Assembly: GCA_973895155.1 (NCBI GenBank)
Contig: OZ316898.1
Location: 10,134,286-10,198,285 of the forward strand
Source: Marsupella aquatica
Lineage: Eukaryota; Plantae; Marchantiophyta
DNA length: 64,000 nt
Direction: 5' to 3'
The notes beneath the pieces were generated by a model. It searched no databases and had not been told where the DNA came from. It saw nothing but the letters and a program-made list of their open reading frames with translations. The translations under genes and the position numbers were made by a program. Below are positions 23,205-36,700 of this stretch, one piece after another (within the stretch, counting starts at the first letter, position 1; every line of letters starts with the position of its first letter).

Positions 23205-24488
23205 CTGCGGTATGAAACTTCCACAATACCAGCCACGGGGACGGCGAGGCGCATGAAGATTGGGAACGACAAGTCGAAATGCGTTCGAGGGGGATTGCAC
23301 CATCCTCCACTGTCTGTCGGTCGGTCCCAATTCGGAGGACAGCTGTTTGTCGCAGTGATGATTATGGACTCGGTGTCTTCGTAGCACCACTTTGACCCAC
23401 GCTCGGTGTCTTGTTTGCACTTGAGCTCGAAACAGGCGCCGTAGGTCAGCCCATTGTTGAAGAGGGTATCACTGAGAGCAGCAGTGCTGATGCCATAGCC
23501 TAGATAATATATGTTTCCGTACCCGCAAGCACCACCTAAGGCAACGACAGCAAAATTCGAAGTGCTCATAATTAATTGATGTTCAGAATCATGACAATTG
23601 TTTCAGAAGCAGAACTCCCAGAGATTAGGAATTGGTACCTTTTCATATACAATTCATGTTCCATCAGCAGAATTTCTAACGCTCTGCAATTTTATGTTGC
23701 GTCAATGTCCTTGGACCTCCCTCCCCCTCTCAAGGAAACAATTAGAGAGTGAAGAGAGATATGAGAATATAGCTCTAATTAAACTTGAGTTGTGCTAATT
23801 ATTTCATAAAATCTTACACTTCACCTCGACTTTCAAGGCATTCGCTAGAGTTCAGAAAGATATGAACAGATACTTTTAGTAATGAGTTGTGCTGATGATT
23901 TCATGAAAGTTTACACTTCAGTGAGATTCTCAAGGAAATCACAAGAGAGTGGTGCTGATATGAAATTTCACATGTTTACCTTGACACTCGAGAAAGATAT
24001 GAACATATACTTCTAAAATTGAGTCGTGCTGATGATCTCATTAAATTTTGGATGATCACCTCAACGGTCCACAGCAAGAAAATGCAGATTCTGAAGTAGA
24101 TTGTGCAATTGAGCGCATTGTCTATCTGTGTTTGTGTCCTCCAAGAGATTCATCAATTAACCTCAATCACTGTAGAAATGAGCGAATGACATTTTGTTTG
24201 TTAAAAGCTGTTTTGATTAGTTCGCTAGATGAACATTATAAATATTCTGGGTTTACAAGATCGAGTACAGAGAGCAACATACATCACACAGACACAGGTA
24301 GAAGGCTGTATTCAAGTCCCTACCCATGTTCCTTCTGCATTGGGTCCTCCATAGAATGTGGCATGCGAGTCGGTCCAGTTGGTAAGAGCCCAAGCCGGAA
24401 GTGGATTATCAGCTGCAGTCGTTGCAGGGTGACAATCGATGCGCCTGATCCGAAAACCAAGCAGCAGCTCCGCAGTAATTAAACCCAT
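23205..24488 (-). pseudogene. EXPA: Alpha-expansin, probable pseudogene (exons 24324-24488 and 23205-23535)
   Basis: Motifs HATFYGG, GGACGYG, TAALS..LFNNG, TATNSCPPN and GGWCNPPRTHFDLS. The exon 1 donor is phase 0 and the exon 2 acceptor phase 1 (GGAACATGG lacks one base of T-M-G). No exon for the C-terminal domain was found. Confidence 0.8.
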
Positions 24489-26331
24489 AGCGAGTACTAC
24501 TTTGTTGAGCCCTGGTTTGAGATCGTGTATCTGCAAACGCTGCATTCTTGACCCTGTCCTATCGATCATGCGTAGATTCTAATTGCCCAGCTATTCCGTG
24601 GATCTTGTCAGACTGACGTCGAAATTCAAAACTTCACTCTCAGGCCTCAATTTGTATCATTTATGAGCGAAGAGGTTATCGGCAGACTGCTTACACTTAG
24701 AATCTGGAAAGATCTCTAAAACGAGCTGCTCGGAAATGAGAATGGGGTCCTCAAAGATTGTCTGATGAGCAGAAAATGAAAATATTTGGAACATGGCGAA
24801 GGGTTCCATACCAAAGTGCTGAACAATTGACGAGAAGTCAAAATTCGAAGAGAGGTCGAATATCAATTAGCTTGTGCAAGTGAAGGGAAGGTCTACTCCG
24901 GTTGTATGGATTAAATAATTGTTTCAACTTCATTTTCGAGTTCAGCCAAATTGACATTCCAGAAGTACCTCAAGTGGCAGTCAGAATGGATTGTCAATGG
25001 AAATCCGGCTCCGTGACCTCTCCACTAATGATACGTCCTCACATGCACTAAACTTTAAAGCTACGCTTCCTGTGATTGGACTCACCGAAAGCACTCACTA
25101 TGATAAGTCCTCACATGATTGGACTCACCGAAATCTGAAGGAGATGCGTCTGAATGCTGACATACCTTTGAGTCACTTTACAGGACCACCCGGAGGCAGA
25201 GGTCACAGAAATGCTTACAATTGAGATCGATGGTTTGGGCTGGGGGTATGCAATCTGGCTATGCTCTTTTCGGGTATCCTCAAAGGTCCACCTCCACGCA
25301 CTACTCCAGTCAGGGCTCCAGTGCTCTCAGCGTCAGTCCTGTTGCTGTTGAGTACCCTTGGGAACTTTGGTGTGAATCCGGATAAGGACGTGAACGAAGT
25401 TTCTCAAACCAATCCAATCTCATTCGTTGGACAGATTCAGCACACTCGCACTCATTCTCCGACAAGACTGAAATGTACATTTGAGCACGAGGATGACATT
25501 ACCGGACGTGCATCGGGAAGATATTGCACATTCTACTGCACATTCGGAGGTCACCCCTGTTGTGGACGTTCATTTGTTCAACAGGCAAGGTAGTCATAGA
25601 CCTCTTTGTGAGCGGGATGGAGGCAGGAAAGGAGCTTGAAGGTTGTTTTCTCAAATTGACTTGCAATTCTGGTTCACTCCCTCCGTCCCCGTCGCTTACT
25701 AAAAGACTTCCAAATCGAATTGACATAACAACTCTCAGGGGATTCGCTTGATTTTGTTTGGCATGCATGGAGGAAGAGGTGGGCTGCCTGCTTCATATGA
25801 TCCAGAGAAACTCCTTCGTAAAATGGAACTTGAATATCTTAAAGAAGAACCCAAGTCATGCGTTGTTAAATTGCAATCAAGTGGATTGAACCTCAGATGA
25901 AAGTGGCAGCTCTGTGGATTGTATATTACATTAAAGTCATCGAAGGTACCACTGCTACGGCTAAGCCGATGTCTAATCCCGAAACCATAGATTGTGAAAT
26001 TTTGAAGGGAGATCTGACTTTGGGCGTGGGCGTCTACATGCAGAGAAGCGAATTTGAGTTTCTCAACTTCCCTAACTTGGTTATCTGATAGCCGGTGGTT
26101 TAGACAATCTCATTCTTCCAAATTCTTTATCGCAAAACAATTTCATCAGATATGGAACGCCATAAATTTTTGGGAGCTACACAAAGATTAGTGTCAAAAT
26201 CCTTTTCATTCATGCTTGTGAGACTATATGAAGCCACAGGAGTGGATAAGCATTTATTTCGGCTATGACTCTGCTTGAAAGAACGAATAATGGCACCAGC
26301 TTAGCCACCCTTCTAAATGCAAATACCATTG

Positions 26332-29300
26332 TTAACATCCAAGAGGAACTTCCTTCGGCAGATGGTGGTAAAGGGTGTCCAACAATTTACTGCAAGTTAG
26401 CGGTGATGTCAATGGTCCACACATAAGATATAACACATTCCCCAAGGGCCTTGCATAGACCCCTGCGGCCTTCAGGTTTTTGATGATTTCCTTCGATGAT
26501 GTGGATGCATACCTGGTGAAGCCAAAACAGCCTTCAGAACCTCAAACCTTGAACAGGTCTAACCCAACAGAAAAGCATTTGAGGCAACTACAAATGACAA
26601 TTCACTGTAGCGGGAGGTTCAACAATCGCGTTCTTTCAGTGTTGAAGAACAAGAAACCTCAAATGATCAGAAAAACTCACTGCAAGATTAAACAAATGAA
26701 CATTTACTTACCCCGATTCTCCGGGCCTAGTTTGCAGCTCACAAGCAAAAACTGTTCCAACAGTGATGACTCTTTGAATTGTAGGGAGACAAGATATCTT
26801 ATGCACGAGCTCTGGATTCCACAGCTGTAAAACCAATTGATGGTATATGTCAGATTTTACACTAAAAATCGCATAGGAGCAGATAACTGTGAAGGTCAAA
26901 GGTGGACTAAGAAAGCCTCCCTCCGTTTCCTTTAAAGCCAGATCCTCTGTTCAAGAAGAAAACTCTATTCACGAAGAAATTTCACTACAGATCATGACTG
27001 ACGACACGTTTAAAACGAGAACGAACATCGATCTATCCCATGAGACTATCTTCTACGGGGCTCAGTGATGCTATTATTCCAAGTCTAGAAAGATCTTTCG
27101 CTATGATCCACTTTCAAATAGCCAACATTACCTCCTGGAGCCGACCATTTGGTAAGAGATTGGAGTTCTGGTGAGGATCACTGAAGTACTTCATAGATGT
27201 CACAGCTGCTGAACAACCCATTGCATGTGCCGAATAGGAGTGGCCGTGTAAAAGGGCATCTAACTGCAGGTCAACACATTTCCGACGGACATTGAGATGA
27301 AATAAGGCACCCTGGACTGGGTTAGCTTTTTCCTACGTGTAAAGAGCTGAGCATTCAAAAGACTAGCACTCCCATATGAAGGCATCATGTCTAATTAGGT
27401 TCAGGTTTACCATGCATAGGGAGGTCATGCTTACCTTGGACTTCCCCTGAAAGACGTCGAACACCTCTTCTGTTGCCAACGTAGCAGAAAGTGGAATGAT
27501 TCCCCCAGTCAAAAGCTTGGAATAGCAGGCAATATCAGGGTTGCATTTTAAAAGCTCAGCTGCAGACTGTCCATTGGAGAAACAATGTTACTACTAAATG
27601 AAACTCACGTTATGGTCTGTAGTACGGATTAGAATAAAAATAAAAATGTGAAAACTTCAAGTAACTTCGTCTAGGAGGGACACTTCTGTAAAGAACGCAC
27701 TTGAACACCAAGTCGCCAGCACCCCGAAAATACTTCATCAAATATCACAGGAATATTCTGTTGTCGACATTCGTGCACAAGAACGCGCTGAAAGAGAGGA
27801 TCTACCATCACCATCCCTCCAGCACCATGGATGACTACCACCACAAACATAGAATAATCATATCACAAGTTCTTTTAGCTTCAAGCATATGCATCGCCTT
27901 GACTGCCAAATCAAAAGATTTAGTTTGCACAAATCGGACCCTCAACTAAAAATGCATCCAGTGCAGGCTCTGCAAAATCCTCATCACATTGTAGGAAGTA
28001 TAACAGTACAAAAATAGTCAAAAAAGTGTAATGGGAAAAACAAAGGTCGTAGGCATGGAGCAAACCAGGTTCTACTAGCAAAGCACCAAGGGCAACATTC
28101 TCGGTTCTCTGGGAGAAAAAGTGTTGACGAATGTACTTCCGGTACACATCACCAAGACTTGTACGGTCTCTTGCTGAATCAAATATTTCTTCTCTTGATT
28201 GGAAATTTAAACCTACAGCTTGTCAAAAGAGAACACCCAGGTGGAAGACGTTGTGTTAAAGTTCGGACCAAATTTCATCTTCGGTACTATTTGACGACTC
28301 GGGAACTCTGAAGACCAATCTTTGGCGTGTTGCAGAGTGGTGTTAGAAACAAGCTTAAATTTCTCACTTCGAGTAAGGAGGCAATTAGAATATCATCTTA
28401 GTTACTACAACAAAGGTTGATCGGCGCTGAAAAATTCTACTTTGTAAGCAAATCACATTTTGATCTTAAATTTTTTGCACGAGAGTCATGAAATCCATCA
28501 GATAGGATCCTCTAAGATGCTGCTAGTGTCTAAGGCACTTCAAGAGCGCAGCAAACCTTGAATGTGTTCAGCGCTCCCGAAGTTTGCTGGACAGTCCAAA
28601 ATCCACTTTCCAAGCCGCAAGTAAACCGTGGGAGGATCTAGAAACGAACCTCTTCCAGAGTACCTGGAATGTGAGTTAAAACCATTCTTTGATCTCCTTC
28701 CAATGGCAAGTTACCATCATGAGGTTGATGCTCATGCAAAAAAAGGATCACCCAGGATCATTGCCCTCGAGCGTCATAAAAATGTCTCCCCAAAACTTTC
28801 CTAAATTGACCGTCTGCTGAGCTTGATGTTATAATGAGCAGAACATATTCCCAACGCAGGAACTTGAAAATAAGGAAGTTGTGAGGTTAAGAGGAGGACA
28901 AAAGTAGCGAGGGGTGTGTCAATGAAGAACTGAAAGTTGAGACTGCCTAATCTAGGACTGATTGCAAGTCAGCACTTTCTCCAACACATTTGAAGTCGTC
29001 AATCTTTTCACACGATCCACAAAGACATCACATTGAACAGTAGGAAGATAGAAAGAGATACCATGGTTGTTGGAGAGCTCCTGTATAAGATGACGGAGCT
29101 TGCGCTTCCATTGCTCCCAGAGTGTCACCATGATATGAACCATTAAGGGCCAAAACCTGCACAACAAATCCGATTGATTTTTTTCTTGCTTCTTTCCCGG
29201 CGGGCTTTTCAAAGGACTTGATCATCAAGTGTTCTTTCCGATGGCTAGGCAACCTTGCGAATCTATCTGATTTGTATGCAGCAGGATTACTAAAGATTAA

Positions 29301-32300
29301 GAAAATACCATGCAGGTGTAGTACTTAGAATCTTAATTGAGAGAGAAAATCGTACCTTGAGAGAGGGTAAAGTCTTCACAGGGGAAATAGCTCCATCAAT
29401 TTCACAAATTAGGCCGTGATCAGTGACAAACTTCCGGAACGCCATCTTCAATGCTATTTCAATGGCGGTTGAGCCATTATCCGAATAGTATACCCTCTTT
29501 GCCCAGCCTGAGAGCAATGCATGAAGTAGAGGAAATTTGATTCTATGAGTCTTATGGAATCGATTGCTAACCGCATTAAGGAATTCGATTGCTAGCCGGG
29601 ATTCGATTCGTATAAACGGCAAGATGACTAATACACGCTCGGTAACCTCACCTTTGCCCACTCCTTGGAGTAGAAGTTCAGCACAACGGAGGGCGGGTTC
29701 GTAAATGTTTTCAGGGAACATTACATGGCCATATCGTGCAGCTGCATAGCCTACTTCCCTTGCAAGAACTGGCTACAATTCGGCAGGCCATAAGTTTCCA
29801 CAGGGACATACATAACAGATAAGCATCAAATTCAATGACGCATTGCACCTAGAACCAACACCCTCCACATCGACTCACATTATAAAATCACAGCATGTAC
29901 CAATAACGAGGAGTTCACGGTCATTTTGCAAATGAGATGCGACCATCCCACGGTGAATATATATGCCGAGTCTATTATATAACAAACCTGCAAATCCGCA
30001 TCAGGTCCTTGAGTCCACCAGCTCGCACAGCCATCGTACTGTTGCACTAGTGCTTCTCCAGGTCTCTCACGAGCGTTCTGAACAAATAAAGCACAAGGAT
30101 GCCACTCATTTTGTAGCCTTCTCAACATTGAACTTCTAACAGTACAAAAGCAATTATGATCTAGCTTTGCAGAAATAACTCTGGGGTGTGACGGAAAAAT
30201 CCCCGCAGCATAGCAAAACTTGCGAAACTACAGTAAACTTAATTAACAATGTATTGACAGCAGTTTATAAACGTTCAGGACAACCAGGAGACACTCGAAC
30301 CTGACTTACTTATCACTAACCTTGTGAATAGAAAAGTTTTCTCCACACCGGGAGTCAATCACAGTGACCCCTGTTGTGGGAACCATGGAATGCTGTGTGA
30401 AGGGCCACCAGAGAATCTCCTTGGCTTTCCCAGGCATCTCTTGCAATCTTTGTAATCTTTGTTCGTGGACCTCCTCCAGAGAGTACCGAAGCTGTGAGAA
30501 CAACCCTTCAGATTGGGTGAACCAGTTCGCCAGATCTTCGTCAGGATCACTTGGTATTGGGGATAGAACATATACAGGCACCCTGCATATACCAATCAAT
30601 ATTTATCTAAGTCCATTTCTCATGTAAACTTTAGTGTGCTACAAAAAGAGCACAGCAATTCGTTATGTATCCATGTGAACTCCTGCTTCAGCTCGCTGTG
30701 TTCAATGCGGAGGAGGAGCCCCCTGCATGTAGACAGCTATTGATGCCGGTAGTAAAGAGCTTCATTTCACCACATCGCATCCCTGTTTGGTTTCTAGAAA
30801 AATCGGATTGAGATCCTCAGCTATGCGGTTCAGGAACAGCATTGTTCATCGGCCACTACAAAGGTCGATCACCTCACAATAACATCAGCAATGCCTAATT
30901 TCTAATCTGCCTCCAAACGAATACCAGCTCACGCGTGACTCTTTGTATCTAAGGTTAGCTTAAAGCAAAGAATACCTGCCCTGCAAGTATCTCATAAGGG
31001 GCTGGTCATTCCTGAGTCCAGAGTCGAGAAGAACAACTGCAGCAATGTCATAACCACGTACCCGCAAACTATCCAATGCAGAGATTGTGGTCGAGATGCC
31101 TCCCAATCGTCCATCACCGACAAGGATACCTGGCAACCTTAAGGGCCTATACTAACCAGAATCATTCATCAGAAACACACTTCATTGTGGCTCACAGCCT
31201 TTATTCCAGTCATGTGTGTAAAAATCAATAATCAAAATCCCTTTTTACATAATTTGAACATATTCCGAATTAACAAGTTGAGAGATCTCTTCGTCACTCG
31301 AGATACCTGTACAAGTCACATTGTAAAGTCCCAGAGGGTCCAGGACTGGCCACTCCACCAGCAGTCTCAACAATTGCCCATTTCCCAACCACTGCTACTC
31401 CATCACTATCACAGTTAGTCTTGACAAACGACTGTAGTGAGGCTGTCAACGTGCTCAAGACGGCGGAGTCATCGACTGTTGCTCTTTCCTTCTCTGCAGC
31501 AAGATGTGGGGAAACTGGCTCATACCATGACCACATCGTTGTACATGTCAGATGAGAGGGTAAAGGGATAGTCTCCGCTGCCAAATTCCTCGGATTCGTC
31601 GCAAGATTGTCATTTTGCACTTTGTCATGGCAATTACTGAACGAGGCAGGTCGATGACTGCCTTCTAGAATGTGTTCTTCACACGTACCTAGATACTCCA
31701 TACCGACTCCATCCTGCACAGGGCAGAAACGAGAGTAAGATTTTTGTAGACCCTGTTATACATAGATACCATGAACCCAGGCCATCCCTTGACATGTACC
31801 CATTCCGGCTGACAAACTCTAGAAACGTAGGCATACGGTTTCTCAGTTGATTCGGCTTGTCCCAGGAAAACAGCTTAAACGCAGGCGCCCAATTTGGTTA
31901 CCAGCGTTAGATTAGAGTTGGCCTAGAGGAGATTGAACATTAGAGAAGACCTCCGGAAAGGAAGCCACATCCGAATTCATCGCTCGCCGAACGGCAGCTG
32001 AAGTGTTGAAGAACTGGTTACGAACGTGGACATCACTTCGAAGCTCCTGCCGCCTGCTCTTGACAATGTCAGAAACTTGGTTGGTTACAAATCGTGCGTC
32101 TGAGTCACTCGGATAACCAGTCTGCACAGGCTTTACATACAAAACATCCCTTGCTATGCTGTCAGCTCCTTGTGCACTTGCAGTTCCCTTGGGGAGAATG
32201 GATGCTGCCAATCCAGCTGACACGAGGGTTTTACCCACGCCTGTGTTCGCTCCCCATATCATGTACGTCGGATAGGAGACATCCAAGTCCAGGGGATTCA

Positions 32301-32466
32301 CTTCAGAGTTCTGCCTCGAAGCCTTAGTCTCACCCACAGTTTTCTCTTGAATGGCACCCTGTTCAGCTTGTAGGCCAATTGCTCTACACTGAGCTCGTCT
32401 TACACTTGTCTTCAAGCTACCACAAGCAGCGAGCGACCTAAGCCCACGAGCGACAATTCGAGACAT
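26332..32466 (-). CDS. BIO3-BIO1: Bifunctional dethiobiotin synthetase / DAPA aminotransferase, mitochondrial, multi-exon
   Basis: BioD motifs WGANTGVGKT, YVKPVQTG and VETAGGVASP. BioA motifs WWPFTQH, DGCASWWTQG, YYSDNGSTAIEIALKMA, YHGDTLGAM, IFDEVFSG, SKLLTGG, HGHSYSAH and YARPLGNV. Arg/Ala-rich N-terminus. Stop TAA at 26332-26334. Confidence 0.93.
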
Positions 32467-33267
32467 TTCTCTCACTTTGCTATCTTTCAATTGCATACAC
32501 CCTATAGAAAGTTAAGGCTGTACGATGTCGCGATGTAGCGCTCCGTGAAACCCGGTGAGGGAGAGATTTTGAGGGTCTTGGATGCCGGAACACTTAGACC
32601 CAACTCGCATGTTAGAAGACCGTCCTTAATACTCCCGAGTCTGCAGGCGAAAAGCAAGGGCTGCTATCCCACAAAATCTGTCAAGCTGCTACATGTAAAA
32701 CCTGCACATTCCGTTACGTGTCCGCGCTTGTCGTTTGCCTCTGCAGATTATACAGGCCACGGCAGCCAGTTCTTGTGAGTCCCTGCAAAATGCTGCCTCC
32801 GAAACTGCGTGCGCTCCCGTTCTTCTCTGACTTTTCACATTTGCTGTTGCTCACCTCTAATCTGCTCCACCATCGCTTTGCTGAATTGCGCTACGCCTTG
32901 GGGACATCAGGAAGTTCACGATTGACAAGTTCCACTTCGATCGGAAAGTTTTTCTCTGTCCGTTTCAATTTCACAGAGGTAAGAACAGCACCATGACTGT
33001 GAACGTTGAACGTTAGTCGAAGAGTCTTATGAACAACTAGCTGGATACATCGCCTTTCCAAAATGTACACTCTATTCCGAAGACGATTCATTCTAATGAA
33101 ATCAAGGACTTCGCTCAGAAGGCAGTCTGTCTACGGTGGTCTGGCACAGTCAGTGGAAGCTTCAAAGAAGAACTTCTATTGGATTCGCGTAAGGGAAGAG
33201 AAACATACAGAGAGAGAGACTTTGCCATTAACTGGCGAAAACAAGGTAAGGCCCTGGACTGCGGACG

Positions 33268-33577
33268 ACCTCGCCAATACTTCAAATTTTCTATCAATGC
33301 TGAGCCTCCGCTAATCTCACAAACCTCCATACGAGAATGGACGAGTCCTGCCACTATCTTCCCTGATCAGATGGGAGGTTATCCCTTCCCCTGCGAGCTT
33401 CAGAAACTTTACGAGAACTCCACCTCGCCAATACCTCAAATTTTCTATCAATGCTGAGCCTCCGCTAATCTCACAAACCTCCATACGAGAATGGACGAGT
33501 CCTGCCACTATCTTCCCTGATCAGATGGGAGGTTATCCCTTCCCCTGGGAGCTTCAGAAACTTTACGAGAACTCCAC
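33268..33577. repeat. Near-exact 154-bp tandem duplication
   Basis: Units start at 33268 and 33422, with about 2 mismatches. Confidence 0.9.
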
Positions 33578-34017
33578 TGACTTCCTCATAACGACATCCG
33601 CTGACATCAATTACTACCTATCTCAAATGCCTTTTGACCTTCCTTCGCAGGTTGGAGCAGTAGTGCTCGTTGTTATCGAGCCAGGCATTTTGTTTCCATA
33701 TCATCATATTTAGTGTCTTCCTTTAAACTGCAACCTGGACACCGAGCTCGGTACATGTAACAGTGCTATCCAATTCCAGACATTCTATATAATGCATAAA
33801 ATACATGGCACAGTATTTTATGTGAATTTCAGGTCAACTGGTATTCTTTGTTCCTATAGAAAATCTCTCTTGCAGTTGTCTTTCCTCATTATCTATGCTA
33901 TTGTTTCATTTTGATTCTTTGTGTGAGTCTTTCCTTGCTCTGATTTTTTGTCCTCAATCACATGTTTCTTTTCTTTGGTGCACTATGCAGGTCTTTGCAC
34001 TTGCAACACTTTGAAAA

Positions 34018-35331
34018 ATGGTTCTGTCCAATGAGGAATGGGAAATCATTTGTTCAGCATTTCTTATGTTCCAGCAAGTGCTCTTGCAGCAGATGCACTT
34101 GTTTGGCCTTGTTGCTACCTATTTTATGGAACACAGGCCGGTGTCGGGTGAAGTGGGAAGTAGACTCTTTGCAAAGTTGTTTCTACTATTTCAGACTATT
34201 GAACTTGCATTTTCCAGGGATCATCGCCTTCAGTCTCAAAATTATATTGAGCCAAGATTGAGAGAATGGAGTGGGTGGTACCTTATGCATGTGATCGAAG
34301 ACAATCCAGTTTGCTTCAAAATTTTCTTTCGCGTGTCGCCTGCAACATTTGTGTACATTTGTGACCTGGTTCAAGGAGATCTGACTACACAACCCCCACC
34401 TGGCCTACCCAATTTGACCAACAGGACCTTGTCGGTTGAGCGACAAGTTGCCATAGCTCTGCGCCGATTTTCCAGTGGGTGTTTGTTGTTGACGCTTTCT
34501 AAGATGTTTGGGGTTTCAGTCCCATGTATTTCTGAAGTGATTTGGCGATTTGTGAAGGCATTAATTGTACATGCAAGAGGGACACATTTGAGTTGGCCAC
34601 AAGGAGAGGCCATGGCACGGGTGAAAGAAGAGTTCCGCCAATTGCAAGGATTTCCAAATCGCTGCGGTGCAATTGACACCACTCATTTTCAAGTGGAGTT
34701 ACCTCTTGGGATGAATTCCATCGATTATCGTGACTATAGGAGTGGTCAGAGCATTTCCATGCAAGCTGTTTGTGATAGTCGGCTTCAATTTTTGGATGTG
34801 TTTACAGGATGGCCTGGCAGCGTTCAAGACTCTCGTCTTCTGAGAGTGTCGGGTTTTTTTAACGATGTTGTGAGACACCACACCAAACTGTCTGACCTAG
34901 TGTTTACTGCTCCAAGTGGATTCACTAGAGGAGAGTACATTATTGGTGATGCTGGTTATCTAGTTTTTCCTTGGTTGCTTAACCCCTTTCTTGTGGCTGG
35001 AGAGCATACCCGAAAGAGTGAATTCAACTACAAGCTCAGCTCCACGAGGATGTGCGTGGAGCGTGCTTTTGGTCAATTGAAGAATAGTTGGAGATTTGTT
35101 TCTTGTAAAATCTTTAGGCCACATCCTTATTGACTATCTCATTATATTACATGTGCATGTCTTCTTCATAATATCCGTATTAATCGTGGTGATGAGTATG
35201 ATCCAGCCTGGGATTTAGATGCAGACCCTCCCTATGAACCCGGCGGTCCCCCTGCTATACATTTGAATTATCACAATGGACGTAGTTATCATATTGCAAT
35301 GATGGACCATTTGTTGCCAGAGAGAAAATGA
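34018..35331 (+). mobile_element. PIF/Harbinger (HARBI1-like, DDE_Tnp_4) transposase with a premature stop
   Basis: Motifs FFRVS..TF, QVAIALRR, CGAIDTTH, QAVCD, GWPGSVQDSR, IIGDAGY and RMCVERAFG.LK.W. TGA at 35131, then in-frame CACLLHN up to TGA at 35329-35331. Confidence 0.88.
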
Positions 35332-35559
35332 GAGCATGAACAACGAATAGGTTGTGCTACCCACAGAGATAATAGACCATGATCACAAACTTATCCACAA
35401 ATGTTTTTGGCATGTTTCAAATAAAGTTTGAAAGTGAAGTGTGCATCAAAGTATTATCACAATTTTTTTGTACTTTCATGTAAGCGTGCATTGAATACAC
35501 TTCATATCTATAGATTACTTGCTTCTATACACAAACTATGTACAGTTTCATACTCTACT

Positions 35560-36700
35560 CATAAGATCGTGAAGAACCTACAATCTTTTGCATGAATGTC
35601 TTAGTGAAACGTGCCATCTGCTCGGCTGCTGTGGTAATTGTTGTGGCCAAAACATTCACTTCCTCCTTTCAGCTTTCCACTTACGTGGAATTCAGGGGCC
35701 ACTCAATGGAACCCTCCACAAGGCAATTCACAAATGGGCACTCAGATTGAATTGGTGCCCCAACCCATAGACGCTCTGGGCTGATACATGGCTACCTTTT
35801 TGTGCTGCAAGCAAGAATTGCTACTTGTGGCACTGATCTACAGGATACCGGCAACACAACACTAGAGATTCCCAAGATTACCACCAACCGATCTGGCCAC
35901 TTGGTGCACTCGATGTGGCACTAACCAACAGGAAGATATTGTCCACTACCTATGGAGTTGCAATCAGTAACAATTGGTCTGGCGGTGGGTACATTTCGTG
36001 CTGCAGTTATGTGCTTGTTCTAGGGGGAATCTTATTCAACTGCAGCCAGCTCACATCTTCGTCGAAGAGCCCCTACCGGAACATTGGGACATCCCCTTAA
36101 AGTTGTGGCATACATTAAGAGCTATTATCTGCTGGAACTTTTGGAAGGACAGGAGTACTCACTTCATTGAACACACCCGACCCCATCGGAAATCTTGGCA
36201 TTGACTTGGAATATACCGGCGCCGAGATTGGGCCCGGATTAAAGTTCATATCCGGGCTGGAAAGATCACTTCTAGGGAGGCTCACAACGAGATGGCTTTT
36301 CACTATGGCACCTGGGCTGGCCTTTGGGAACTCCATGAGGAATCTCTACAAGTCCCACCAGTACCCCCATGACCACCATGAGTCACTCTGTAGTTCAGGT
36401 TTGGAAGCTGCACTATAGACTGATTGTTTGGAGTTTTTTGCTCCCTCGCAGATTCATTGGCAGGAACCTCGTCGGAATCTGATCATTGGCCGGTCTTTAG
36501 GAGTGTGCTGCTCCAACTATAGTTCCTAAATTACTTGTTTAGTTGCCCTTATGGGCGGGGCTTTCTCCCTGGTCCCGGCTCCACCGGTTGTTGCACTTCA
36601 ACCTTTGGTCCCTTGGGCTGGTGCCCCTTGTGGGCCCGCCATTTTGTATGTTGGCTATTTGAATGGAATTCATTTGGTTCTTTCAAAAAAACAATAATAA
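35560..36700 (+). mobile_element. 5'-truncated, degenerate L1-like LINE (ORF2 C-terminus and 3' UTR)
   Basis: zf-RVT-like WCTRCGTNQQEDIVHYLWSC at ~35900-35960 and the Trp-rich segment LWHTLRAIICWNFWKDR. Several stops and frameshifts. A-rich tail at ~36685-36700. Confidence 0.65.

Noticed and set aside
24990-26100. Short ORFs between the expansin and BIO3-BIO1 genes
   Set aside because: No motifs and no consistent exon chain.
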